From Rotaria socialis (Eukaryota), in assembly GCA_905331295.1 (NCBI GenBank), contig CAJNYD010000333.1, forward strand, positions 1 through 64,000: a stretch of 64,000 nucleotides of DNA, read 5' to 3'. The notes below the pieces were generated by a model, which did no database searches, was not told the origin of the DNA, and worked only from the letters and a program-made list of their open reading frames with translations. This document shows, piece by piece, positions 38,613 through 52,100 of the stretch (the first letter of the stretch is position 1; each line of letters opens with the position of its first letter). The position numbers and the translations under genes are program-made.

Positions 38613-40526
38613 CTATTCAAAATGAACTTTTTCCGTTTTTTGCGCCCAAGCAAAATCATCGGAACGAGGTTTCGCTCCCGAGTATTTCTCAATAAGTAGC
38701 TCAAGTCGTGACCAAAATTGTATGGCTTCAAGTGGTCTATTCAGCCAACCAGTTGTAACTATGGAAAAAGACAAAATAGTTACATCAATTTTATTTTTGC
38801 CCTATACGGAACGAAAAAGACAAATACTCACTACAAAAATAGGTATCATGAGGTACAACTAAAAGAAGAAGAACAAGAATAAGAATAAAATTTTAACAAA
38901 AAAAGAAGGAAGATATCTATACCATGATGTATTCGATGGTGTTTTCGAGGTAGAATAATATGATAACGTTGTAGAACAGATATGTAAAAAGGTAGACCAA
39001 AATAAGTATGGGACCATTTATGAAACTAAAATGTCTTCATTAAAATAAACGATAAAAATAATTAAATAATTTTTCTACTTGATTCGTCATTGAGACAAAA
39101 ATAGCCAGAAGAAACATGTAGACTTCAATATTATATAGGCGTCTTATATCAATATCATTAGAATAAGTAAATTTATAAGCCATATACAATAGATAGGGAA
39201 TAGTCACTGCAAAATTGTCACCATTTGTTTCAATAAAATCATGACGTGTTATTGATGTTGGATCAATATGATGTTCTCGAAATGGTCGCAAAAAGTTTCG
39301 ACCAATTATTGGCATATCAACTGCACCCCATGTATCAGCACCCCAATGAACAATACCTGATGCAAAATCAGCTGTTAAAATTCCTGACACTATTAGAACG
39401 ACGAAGAAAAACAGACATGTGCTAAAATGACGATACTACATAGAACATTAACATACAAGCGGCGGGAATGATAAGATACCAATTTCTCACATCAAAATAA
39501 TAACAAATAAAGAGAAAATTATAAATCATTAATATAATGAATAAGATAATGCATATTATTTCTTGTATACGTTTTTCTAAATAGAAAAAAAGTAGGAATT
39601 TTAAACAGGAAGCTGTCGTGTGTTTTACTTTTCTTATCAGAAAAAGCGGAAGTTCTTTTCCAATTTTGAGACAAACCCGTAGGCAATATAGATAAGAACG
39701 ATCAGGAGTACTAATGTAAACAAACTATGGATAGAAATAAAAGAATGCGAAATTATCTCCACCAAACGTTGTCTCAATAGAGCTGCTTTTAATCATACTC
39801 ATTGTTACAGAAAAACGTCAATAAGAAAAAATAATAAACTTCTGAAAAATTTTCCGGCTTATGATTTTTAGTTGTACTTTGATGGAGTCGAGTAAACTTT
39901 GAAGTGCATCAACATTGAATACTTGGCAGAAAATTAAGACAATTTTATAGCATATTTTTTAACGGGTAATCAATACCTTCCGTCGCTTTTCTTTCTAGTG
40001 CAAATTTGATTATAGCTCGAATAAATATTTTTAGTTTTTTGCGCAAAATAAAAATATTTTGAATGTTATTTTAAGAATCTCGCAAAGTCGTTAAGAAATA
40101 ATTCAACAAAACCAAATGCAAAATAGTTTCTTTCTCAGGTGGCCAACTATTTATTGTTGCTAAGACTGAAAATAAACGTATTTAAATCTGTTGAATCGCT
40201 AACAATTAACCATATGGAATATGTCAATGATTTAGTCTAGAAAGAAATACTGAAAAATAGTATATATGGTTGTCAACGCTACATGTTTGTAGTGCTTTTT
40301 TTTATTCAAGGTCATATTATCGTAAAATACGCTGTAGAGCTCCTTTTTACTGTCACTTACCTTTTGTATATTGGCTAGCGAGTAATTTGGCACCGGCATG
40401 TTGCGGTCCCCAGCGTATATCGTGAGCATCATGTAAAGTATTACCGTTAGGATCATCTTCAGGCATAGAATTTTTATCAACAAGAATGTCCTCATTTGAA
40501 AATTCTTCTTCCATATTGTTCGACAT
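38613..40526 (-). CDS. PEDS1: Plasmanylethanolamine desaturase PEDS1 (TMEM189/Kua), multi-exon
   Basis: [101 protein letters not shown]; His boxes intact. Start at 40526 or 40514. Confidence 0.95.
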
Positions 40527-43329
40527 TGTAGTGTTTCTTGACTTTGCTGTTGATGAGGCTGACAGACGAAGGAGACGAAAATATAAATTTCACAACGTAA
40601 AAATGAATTCGTAAAATGTTTTTTATTCGCTATATACCAGGTGATGACGTCGTACAAGAGATCGTTTTTGATGAAACGCACATTGTGCTCTGTAAAATCG
40701 ACAAAAAAAAAACACAAAAAAGCAGTGATTATATTAAATTGGATCGAGACAGAAAAGAAATGACAAAAGTACTGATTCCACCGTTTTATTTCGGCGGTCG
40801 GACTTTGGTCTGAAAAGAAAAAGTAGAGCACAGAATGAGAAGAAATATTTATTTGCGTAAAAAACAAGAACGAATTACTTTTATTCGCTATAGTGTATTG
40901 TTACAAAACTGGTTGCTGAGAGACGCCTATCATCCAACAGAGTACACTTAGCTCATACTGGCATTCGTTCACACCTGAAACTGACTGGTGTACGTGGAAT
41001 TCGTATTGACATTAAAAAAAGAAGAAAGAAGCAAATGAAGATACATTTTTGATGATGCTTATATATTCGTGCAATAGACTCAAACGGTTATTTTTTTAAG
41101 TTTATCGTTTATTTTTCTATTCTTGTCAAAACGCATTTTCTAGATATCAATAGAAGAAGAAAAAATATACAATAGCGCAGTGGAAACGATACTGAGCGTA
41201 AGAAGTACCGATAACGTTGTCATTGCCGTAGAAAACCTTGAAAGAGAGTTAGAAAAAGTGAATATCGATGAATTTTGTTGTAATATGTCTGTCAGTTACC
41301 TTTCGTTTGTATGTTCTTTATGCTGTTCTTTTTTTTTCTTCTCTTTTCATGCTGTTTCTTTTTCCTCTCTTGTAACTCTGGGCCAGAGGAGCGGTCTTAC
41401 ACTTCGCAATGGCAGTACTCTGTCTTGTTCTTCTCTCTTAATGTTTTTCGTAGTGTAGAAGTTAAAAAAAAAGATACGATGGTATTATCACACAACACGC
41501 ACAAACAACTACTACTCTTACTATATAAGACAAAAAACAAAACGGAGCAAAAATGAAAACTAAAAGAGAGTATATTGAAAGAATATTGCGAACAAATTTA
41601 GTGATACATTTAGTAATGTTCTCTATTCATCGACATAATTTGTATTTTATAGACATGTTATCCGTTGTTTTCTTCTTGTGCGCTCTCTCTCTCTATTATC
41701 ACTTATTAAAAAAACCAGGGTTATAAATCAAACAGATTGACATGACGAAAAGAGAACACAAGCGGTCGTTATGAGAGAAAAGAACAAAATCATTAGAGCT
41801 TATGATCTACCTATGTAAACTATGATCAGATCACTTGCGAAATAGCAAGTAAAATAAAATAAAATGCAAGTGCACGTCGCAATAATAGAAAGTTAATATG
41901 ATTATGATTATCTTATAATGCACATATTTTTCCAAGGTCTATCACTGATGAATATCTTTATAGACGAAACAAAGAACATCAAAGAAAACAATATAATATG
42001 AGAAATAATGATTGCAATAATACAAAGAATCTACCTCAGTTACGCCTGTTTTTCTTTCTTTGGTTCTGTAGTTTTTTAGGAACATCTATTGGTTCGTTAC
42101 GATCATCATTGAAGTTATAAAAGAAATTTTTTTCAAAATTTTCTGTTTCAAAATTGGTTTTATCAATTTGAATCAATACTTTTTTGATATAGGATTGAAA
42201 GTATCCTGTAGATGACGCTACTTAACGAGCACTAATTAATCCATGCTGATATAGTCGTTTATTTTCCATCAACGAGAGAGAGGGGGGGAGATAGAGTGGA
42301 GGGAGGGAGAGAGGGGAGAGAGAGAGAGAGAGAGAGAGAATTACGAGTAACTCGACTGAGCCAAAAAGAAAAAGGTACTGAGGGAGTGACATATTCCTAA
42401 TCATAAATTTTATTTTATTTTTGTTTTCTGTTAAGTATATGACCTCTAGGGAGAAAATCGAGAAACCTCCCCTGGTCGAATTTGACTTCATACGGATCAG
42501 TAGTTTTGAATGGAGTTTGACTTTTCAATGAAATTATAATTAATTTTCTAAGGTCATATTTTGAAGCCAAACAGATCCGTTTTTGTTGCTACTCTCTATA
42601 TTTTATATTGCATTGATATTATATGCATTCTCTATTTATTTATTTATCATAAATGTTCCATTACTCACATTCATTAGTAGATTTGGATGATCAATTATTG
42701 ATTGCGTATGTTTAAAGTTTACTGTTGTTTTCTTTCAATCCCCCAATTAAAAATACAATTCGATTTGCTCAAGTATAGAAAACAATTGTCGTATTTTTCT
42801 CTCTTTTCATTAGTTCAGTTACACAAGAGAATACAAAACTAATAAGTGTTGATATTTTCTATTCATTGAAAATACATTCATTTTCTTAATCACATAATAC
42901 ATTACATAAGAAATTTTATATCTGCAGATTTAAACATTTGAACAGTAGCTACGTAAGTGTAGTAGTATTACGAGAATACTTCTTCTAATTTCCTTTTTTT
43001 GTTTATGGAAAAAACATATATCGTCCTTTCTCTCTCTCACACGCGCACTCCCCCACTTTGTCTGTTAGTTTATGAAATACGTTATACAAAAAGTTTACTT
43101 AGAATCAGTATTGTATACTTTTGTTAATTTATAAATTTTCTTCTCTCTAGAGAATGAAGTGCGCTCGTATGCAATTTTTCTATTGCTTATGAATAAGAAA
43201 TGACTTATACTTTATTCAGACGGTGATTAAAATCATGCTAGCAATAGCATATATATTTTTCAGTTTTCTTCTTCTTTTCTTTCATTCTAGATTATTACTT
43301 CCATATAAGCTTTACTTTCCATATTGATC

Positions 43330-43779
43330 ATGAATCGACAATCCATTGTTTTAATGCCTCTTTGTCTCTCGTATTTTCTTATTATTTTACTTGTATTGCA
43401 ATCAACAAGATCTGTTCAATCAATTGCTCTAAGTAGTCTTTGTGGAGATTTTGGCCACTCATGTTTTGGAGGTATAAAGCTTTTTTGAATTGACTATTGA
43501 AATGTTTGAAAACATTATTTCGTTTAGGCAATTGGGGTAAGCGTGAACTGTTAAGAGATAGATTAGTTCCAGATGTTGTTCATACCAATACTGACACAAA
43601 TGGCGATGGTATAGAGATACCGAGTACATCTAATAAAAATCCCATGCACAATTTTCTAAAAAAACTCCGATCGGTAAGTCGAAAAAATATTTTTTCATAG
43701 AAATTTCACTTATTCTCTATCTATTTTTTAGCAGTTTTTATTTCAACAGCGATTACGTCAATTGCTCCAGTTAGAATAA
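43330..43779 (+). CDS. CCHamide / excitatory-peptide (GGNG)-family neuropeptide precursor; exons 43330-43471, 43528-43673, 43732-43779
   Basis: MNRQSIVLMPLCLSYFLIILLVLQSTRSVQS-IALSSLCGDFGHSCFG/GNW-GKR-ELLRDR...: signal peptide, C-x6-C ring with FGHSC.GG, amidation Gly and dibasic site. Confidence 0.85.
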
Positions 43780-43835
43780 GATTTTTTTGAATATTTTTTG
43801 TTTATTTGAATTAAAAATAGAGTGTGTTTTTCTGT

Positions 43836-44969
43836 TCAAATAAGATTAAGAACATGTATGAACAGGAGCATAAAAACCCTTATCTGAACATTTAATTTTT
43901 TACTAATATTGCATTGTTTATTGATCAGAGTTTGATTAATATTTTCATGTGTAATTAGAGATTCTAAGAGTTCAATTTCAATCAGATAATCATGTAAAGC
44001 AATCGCTAATGTTCTCGCATAATCATATAATTTCGTTCGATTAACAAGTTCTTTCGACGGTGATTCAATCATTATTGCACTAAAATTATTATATCGGCCG
44101 TATTCTTCGATTGTATAACCCCACTCAAAATAGGAATGATCGGGCGGAAATGGAAATGTTGGACTTGGTGTTGATGAATATTTATATTTGGTGATAAAAT
44201 ATCCAAGAGATTTATTTCCGCTTATGAGTTCGATGGGGTTGAATCGTGTTCCTAAGTATGATGCTAATGACGAACTTTTTAGTGAATAATTATTTGTCGA
44301 TAATTGACGACTCGTTAGCATATAGCCTAATTCAACCCAACCATGCTCATGATCTTGTGAATGTATATCGAATAATAATCCTTTTTCTCGATAGTTATCC
44401 TTATGGCCCATAATAAGTTCTCTTGCATGTCTCAAATAGAAATGATATCTCATCCATGCGTGCATAGTATTCGATGCACCAAATGTTCCTTCGTCAATGA
44501 AGCGATTCATATCAACTTTAGTTCTTTCTAGTCTATTAATAATAACAAAAGGTTTTAAGCTAAATAATTGATTTAATTCATAACGTAGTGCTAAAGCAAG
44601 AAGACGCGTATTTTGATCACGACCATGATGTATACGACAATTTTTTGTATCAGTTTTAAATAATGGAGATACACATGGATTTTGATAGTAACATTTTCGA
44701 TTTGTACTATTTAATTTTCTACACGCAGATGTTGGTCTTCGCGGTAGATTCGATGGAATATTACCATCGTGTGGTACACTTAAAATAATATTCATTGTAC
44801 CTGGATAAAAATCAATAGATGATTCATGCATGCCATAGTATTTTTTTAAATGTATTGGTTTATCAATAGTTGATACAAGATGAAAATATTCAGCAACATA
44901 TGGCGGATCATTCGAGGATTTTTGGTCGGTTATAAAGAATTTTATAAGAAGAAAAACAACACAAAGCAT
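43836..44969 (-). CDS. N-formylglutamate amidohydrolase-like Zn-hydrolase-fold protein, intronless
   Basis: 377-aa ORF with IILSVPHDG, RDQNT, VIINRLERTKVDMNR, LLFDIHSQDH, VELGY, PSP..P.P..YF..GYT, AIMIESP; hydrophobic N- and C-termini. Confidence 0.65.
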   Translation of the reverse strand: MLCVVFLLIKFFITDQKSSNDPPYVAEYFHLVSTIDKPIHLKKYYGMHESSIDFYPGTMNIILSVPHDGNIPSNLPRRPTSACRKLNSTNRKCYYQNPCVSPLFKTDTKNCRIHHGRDQNTRLLALALRYELNQLFSLKPFVIINRLERTKVDMNRFIDEGTFGASNTMHAWMRYHFYLRHARELIMGHKDNYREKGLLFDIHSQDHEHGWVELGYMLTSRQLSTNNYSLKSSSLASYLGTRFNPIELISGNKSLGYFITKYKYSSTPSPTFPFPPDHSYFEWGYTIEEYGRYNNFSAIMIESPSKELVNRTKLYDYARTLAIALHDYLIEIELLESLITHENINQTLINKQCNISKKLNVQIRVFMLLFIHVLNLI

Positions 44970-46975
44970 TTATTGCTATAGAGCAGAATTTAATATCAAG
45001 CGTTCATATAGATCTATAAATAGTCAAGAACAAATAATCAAACAAAGGACATCATTGCTTACCTAATGCAACATAATAACGTTATTTGCTTTTTCCTTTC
45101 AGAAAACATCTGTTTTTTCGAATGTTTTCCAAGTCATTTGACACTCTTCTTCTTCTTCTTCGTAAGAACATAGATGTTTACGTAGCAATCAAGGATGTCC
45201 ACCGATAATAATAGACTGCAAAAAGAAGAAAAAAACATAACGATATGTTTACATATTGAAATATTTATTATTATCCAAAATTAGGAAAGCTCGGAGATAC
45301 AAAAGTTAAGTAATTGACTAAATCCAAAATCAACATTAGCCATAAAACAAATAACTTTGAATCGGTCATGTCAACGAAAGATAAGTATCGTTTCTAACGC
45401 TGATATAATTGTATGTCTACATAGTTTGCTTCTAACAGTAATTGGTTACCATCAGCACAAAGACAAAACAATGTTAGTTGCTTGTGATAGCAAAGAAGAA
45501 GAAAAAACAACATCATCTCTAAACTCTGGCAACAGAAAATAAAACATTGGATTGAGACGACGAAGAAGAACGGATGAGTGTGTGGCAGCTTAATTGATTT
45601 AATTAATCGACGTCCCGGTGGTGACAGATATGGCGAAATAAAAACAAAAAAGCTCATGCCAATAGATAAACCAAGAAACACTCGTAGTGAATTTTATCCT
45701 TTTAAACTGTATTATTCAATGCTTGTTGACATAATTCACATTATATTTAGCAGATGTTTTTTTATTGTTTTCATGTTCTGCAAATAACTTTAGTTTCATC
45801 GATGAATTCTCTAGAAATACCAAAAAGACTACATTGGCTTGGAATCGAGGAAGACCAAAATGAAACACAGTGGCTTAAAAGAATTTTATGTTGTACTGCT
45901 GTTCATCGGCATTCGATCGATATGTATATTTTATAGTTTTCGATGAATTAGCAAAGATTAAATTGTTCCGTTGGGCAGATATTATTGATCTCTTGCCAGT
46001 GCATGTATTCAGGGACTAACATATGGGACTCATATGTCTGATTTAGCATCATCATAACAATGTTAAATAGAAAACTCTAACCGTTACACTGGCGCTCTGC
46101 TTTTTTTGTTTACATAGTCAATTTCATTAAAACCTCAGCAAATTAGTATACATGCCAATAAACTCAGAAACAGTAATATTGGCTACGTTCTAGAGTGATT
46201 AGATGGCAGCTGTGATAAATCGTGGTATTACTACTAAGGAAGTGCAAGAAATAACCAAACTGAATATTCGAGAAGAAATCTGTTGAAGTAGAATCTTTGG
46301 TTATCAACGGTTGCGCCGATAGCATGAAAAGTCCAAAAGATTCCCCACAAAGTCAATGAAAAGCAAATAGGAAGAGAAGGGAAAAGCCGATGAGATTCGA
46401 CTATAAAAATTTTGCTTGCATTATGGCGTCTCCGATTGAATTAACAAAAATGTTTTTTTTTGTGGAATTCATATATTTTCGAAGAAAATTGTCAGTGAAA
46501 GTTTTAAGGTGAGGTTATTGCGACTCCCCCCCCGCCCCATTACAGCCAAACGCGCGGAAAAAAAAAGATTATTTTTACTATTTGAAAAACTAATGAGGTA
46601 ANNNNNNNNNNATTTTCCAAGAAAATTGGCAGGGAACTTTTTAAGGTGAGGGTATTGCGACTTCCCCCCCCCCCTCCCCATTACAGACAAACGAGCGGAA
46701 AAAAAAGATTATTTTTACTATTTGAAAAACTAATTCTGTAAAAAAGCAACAAGTCAAAAAGCTGTGATATAAATGTTCGTATAGTCTTATTAATTGGAAC
46801 AAAATGCATCGATTTGTGCGTAACTTCATCGAAGTATCTAATAGGTCATTGATCAATGCTGCAGATTTAGCGCATACGTATAGCAGACGAAGTTTGGTAA
46901 CTCATTCGATGATAATGATGATGATGATAGATTCGTATTGGAAAAGAAACTGAGTAAAAAAATGAAAAATGAGAA

Positions 46976-47224
46976 CCCAGGAGGATCATCCTGCCGCCTG
47001 AAAGGCCATCGGAAACGACTATAAAACGACATAAAACGACATTAATTTTCACCCTATTTCGCCGTAATCCGTCAGCTCGTTTTACGGGCCGTTTTTTTTG
47101 CTAGAAAACGGCCATCGCTTTTAACGCTATTCTCTTCGTTTTCCGAGCTGACGGAAAACGGCGCCTTTTTTTAACGTTTTAGATCGTTTTTATGCCGTTT
47201 ACGGGCCGTTTTCTTTCACCTGGG
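46976..47224. mobile_element. CCCAGG...CCTGGG MITE, AA target duplication
   Basis: aa|CCCAGGAGGA...TTTCACCTGGG|aa with internal AAAACGG/CCGTTTT repeats. Confidence 0.7.
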
Positions 47225-49133
47225 AAGAATGATAGCATAGCGACTCGCAAAAAACAGCGCTACTTTAAAAATTCTATTCGAAAAAAAATACGAAATGAAG
47301 AAGATTGCTTTCATGCCGATCGATTATCTTAAACCAACAACTATAATATGCTAAGTTATCTTTGACTTCATCAATTTTCCATTATTATTGCTAGAGAACT
47401 TGAAATGAAATAATCATTTTACAGATGAACGACAAGATCATGTTCGTAGAGGAAGTTCTTAAGAGTATGCTTCATTAGCAAAATTTAGCCTGAATAAGAA
47501 GTCTCGAGTGCTACGTGTGTAGATGATGACTTTTGCTGATGTATTGTGTTTTCATATCGTTTGTTTAAAAATGCGATCATTACCATTTTTATTATGATGC
47601 TGCGTGGTTAACATAGAAATACATTGCATTTCACTACTAGTCGATCACCACTCTTTTGAAAAAATGTTCGAATTTAGTTGATATCCAATTTTATAATTGA
47701 TCTCTCAGAAGAATTCAGATTAAATAAACAACTGGAATATCGAACTTATCTACTAGATTTTCTTTTCTTGCTCCTTTCATTCAGAAAGAACTGTTGCTTT
47801 CTGAAACATTATGCCAATTTCTATCTCTAGAATAATGACGCCTATGTTTAATTATACGCATTTTAGAAACCAGAAGAATTTAGTTGAATTAAATAACAAT
47901 TTGAAAAACCTTCTCGATACTTCTTTGATGATATTGACCACCATCAATAAGCGAAATCATACTTGATTGTTGCTTTTCATGCGTTGTATAGTTTATACCA
48001 TACTTTATTAGAAAAAAGAATTACTAGTAAATAACGGGCTCTCTTTTGTGAAATATTTGAGTTCCACATTTCAGCTACAAAGCAGCTGCGCTAACAAGCT
48101 TTTTCTTTCTCTTTCATCTTCTTATTTCATAATATTACAATCGATACTGAACGAAAGTAAAAACACTATATCTATTGCATCGCTTTACTTTTCTTCATTT
48201 TTCTTTTAGAATTCCTTTTTTTGTTTTGGTACTTTATTATCAACGAAAAACAGCGCCATCAATCATGCAAACCGACTAGTTCCTAATTGCCTTGTCACCT
48301 TTGAAAGCAGATTCGATTTTATCTAGTTGTTCTGATTGATAGAAATTAACGAACTCAAAGAGAAAACTAAGTTTACCGAGAAGGGTAACACTATCAATTA
48401 CTGTCGATGCATCACCTCGTTATTTTGTCTTGTTGATTAGAAGTTTCGGACAATTACTCGATCTATTAATTGCCCTCTAAATGTTTATTGTTCAAGGGCT
48501 TTATTCGTAACTGTCATAATGGCCAACTCATCAAGGAATTTTCCACGTATGCTTATGCATATCTTGAGTTATTTGTTGTTCTATTGATAAAAATACAAAT
48601 GGAACATTAGAATGCAAAGAGTTTCTTTTGGCTGTGATTCCTTCAATTTAAGGCGAAGATGACAAGGAATTTAGATTCATTTTTTTCTCTAGCTAACTCT
48701 CACTTTTGCAGGGATGATGTCTCACACACTCAAAAGACAATCCGTGTAGCCAATGATAACGCCACCCATGCAACTGATCGTATATTAGATCAAAATGAAT
48801 TATTGGGTTTGTTTTACATCCATGGTAACGAGAGACACTCTTGTTCTGGATTTTTCCATTGTTAGTTGAACGATTTCTTGTTAGTACGACTTTGTATATA
48901 AATATATATCGACATCAAATAATACATACTTTCAAACTTATGTATTAAGATACATCGGTGAAAGAGACAGACGGTTGCCCTTCGCTAAATAGTTTTCAGT
49001 TCTCTAGAAAATAAATGTAAGGATAAGAACAGACGGCGAACTTTTGTGCATGCTCATTGTAGAATTAAAGTAAATTGAATCACAAGCGAAAAATTAATTA
49101 AAAATTATCATTCGAATAAAACAAAGCGAATGC

Positions 49134-52100
49134 TTAGACATTGTTATGTGCTTTTCGACATGCATCGTATTTTGCAAGTTTTCTATTTTTTCCAACACCA
49201 TCAAATCTAATTCCACTCGATGACTCAATAGTACAAGTAGAATTCCCGTTTTCATCATTAGATTCACTAAATAAATCAATAATAATAAAGTCGATTTCAA
49301 ACAACAAAATGAATTTACTCGACGATTTTCCCACCAGCTTCACGAAATGATCGCACTGGATTTAAGTTCGTATGTTCAATAGATCGAGCTATTAAAACAA
49401 ATAATAATAGATAAAGTTTCAATACTAACTTACTTATATATTGTCGAAGTAACGGTTCAATAATAGTCCAAACCGTTTCTAGAGAATATCCAGAATCAAG
49501 AAATATGGCTCCAATTAAAGCTTCAAAGACATCCGCGAGCGCTTTTGGTGCTGTTGAATCAGCCCATGCATCAATATCCTACAATAGAATAAATGCTTAT
49601 CTTCTTCATAGACCATAACAGACTTAGTTGGTACAAGCACAAAAGATTTTAAAAAAAGAATCTCGTTTTCTCATCGACGAAGTCCATCGTAATCGAATAT
49701 CTACAGGACTAAGTACAAATATAGTCATGATAACCTCTTTTTTTAATGATTACGGTTAGACTCGTAGTAAATCTTGTCAGCTTTCGGCTTAGAAAAAGCT
49801 ACTTATACCAAAGCATAAGAACTACCGGAAGTATTTGAATTTCGTATAAAGAATTTGAATTCGACTTGTCTTTTATTGATTGATCGTTTGAAAGCAGCAT
49901 CATATCGCCACAATAAAATGCCATTCGATCATTAAGATCTGGTGATACATGTAAGATTTTTTTATGAAAATCAAGACTAACAAGCAAATATGCTAAACGA
50001 CCATTATTTGATAAGTCTTGCCGAATATCTGTTACTCGACCTAAGAGGAAAATTAATTTCTTTCAATAAAGTAATATCGAATGGAATCTATTACTCGGCG
50101 TAACCTTTTTATAATATTCGACAAACAGACATCGTATAACCAAAAAATCTAATACAGCATCTCCTAAATATTCCAATCTATTACAAAGTGTCAATAAATA
50201 TATGATATTGCATTTTTGTTTATATACCTTTCATAACATTGAGTCAATCGATTATTGCAATAGGATGGATGAGTGAATGCTGCGATAAGATAAGCTTTAT
50301 TCTTAAAAACATAATTTATCTTTTTTTCAATTTCATCAAATGCAAAATCGTTAAAAAATTCTTCAATTCTTGGAATAACATCATCCATCGTGTCCGATAA
50401 ACCAGCCAGTAGAATCGATGGTAGTGGAGCGATGCGGTCTGCACGAGTCACTATTAACAGCATACAAAGAAAAACTTACTGCTTACTTTGCTCATCGATT
50501 GGAATTGCATCGAGACCTAGCCATTTCATAAATTTCATAGTTGTGAAATAATCTGTTGAAACTAAAAAGGCACCCATTAAAGCTTCAATCATATCAGCAA
50601 ATGCTTTTCGTTTCGCTGTTTGTGTTGTATATCTTTGTGATACTTCTTCATCGGTAATATAACCTGGTGGTATCCAATTAGCTTGTTTACCTTCATAAAT
50701 CCAATTATCAACATATAAATAGTTCAATAGGTCTTTCGTTTTCGCCAATCGATAAAGATTTTCATTGGAAACTTGTTTATCTTTTCTTCTTGTCAATTTA
50801 CCAGCACTTTCAAAAGGATATTGATGATACAATGACATTGACATAGACAGTTTAAGGAAACAGTCGCCAAGTATTTCTAAATTTTCCATATCAGTATTTT
50901 CATTTGCGGAACGTCGAGTAATGGACTGAAAAATTAAATCGGAGCATGGTTGATGTGTGCATTTATTGCCTAATAAATTATAATTAAGACAAGCCAATGG
51001 TAATACAGTTGATTGAACCTATCAGAATAATCGTTTAGTAAATCTTATTTTTTGTAAATATCCAACTTACTGTTGAAAATATATTAGTAAGACAATCTTG
51101 AAAAGTAACACTAGGCATATAGTTAACATCGAATAGCTATGATGAAAATAAATATAAGAAGTCTTATAAAAATTTTCTGTTTTTCAATATTCTACTATAC
51201 CGAATAGGATTGAATATGATCAGCTAATAATTTTCTCAGCTGTTCAATGTAATGTAATTGGGAAATGCGAACCAGAATACTTGGCAATTTAAAAATTAAT
51301 TCTAAATCTGTTTGATTGAGTGCAGCATAACGAAGAACTTCTATGGGGTAATAATATGATTGGATCGTCAAATTATTCGAATATTTTTCGTTTCTCAATA
51401 GACCATTTTTCAAGTAATTTATCCTAGGCTTATGAAAAATTTTCATAGTACCCATTCGACGATTTCGTTGAATGTGAATATTGGGTATTTTGTGTTCGAA
51501 ATAATCAGCATAGGTTTCAATATTCTCTTGTGGTTTTTTAAATTCCCACCGATCTGTTATTTGTTTCAATTGAGAAATATCCGCAACATTCATATAGATC
51601 TCTTTCGATGAAGAATAAGAAAGATAATAAAGTTCCTGATCACTAAGTTCGGCTTCACTTTGAAGCGACTTGTTTTTCCTATTACAAATGATCGTCATTC
51701 GTTGATAATCAATTTCATCCGATTCTATCGAGAGAAATAATTCAAATCGAAATCTAATTTAATAAACTCACTCGTCAAAAGACATGGCAGTAGTTTAAAA
51801 GTCGAGTGTTCAATATCGAATTTAAGCATTGATTCTAATCCGGTATTCATACCATTGAAAACTTCTTCAAAAATATATTGACAAAAAGCCTGTAGTTGAG
51901 TTTTACATTGCTTTAAATCCGTCGATTTCACATGGATAACCTCAACAGTTAATTCACCATTCTGTCCGTACAAATTAAATCTTGGCAACTGAAGAACAAA
52001 TTCTATAGGAAACTGAATTTCAAATAAATAAATTGACTCTACCGAAATTAATTGACTAGGTACAATGAAGCCAAGCCCATCATTATTTGAAATATTAATT

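Noticed and set aside
46294..46305. TCTTTGGTTATC matching the 5' end of miR-9
   Set aside because: The match stops at 12 nt and I see no complementary star arm.
46500..46735. ~95-bp direct repeat on both sides of an N gap
   Set aside because: Probably overlapping contig ends or a collapsed subterminal repeat; cannot be trusted as a real tandem duplication.
47300..48900. Pseudogene-like minus-strand fragments
   Set aside because: No family motif recognised and no sustained frame.
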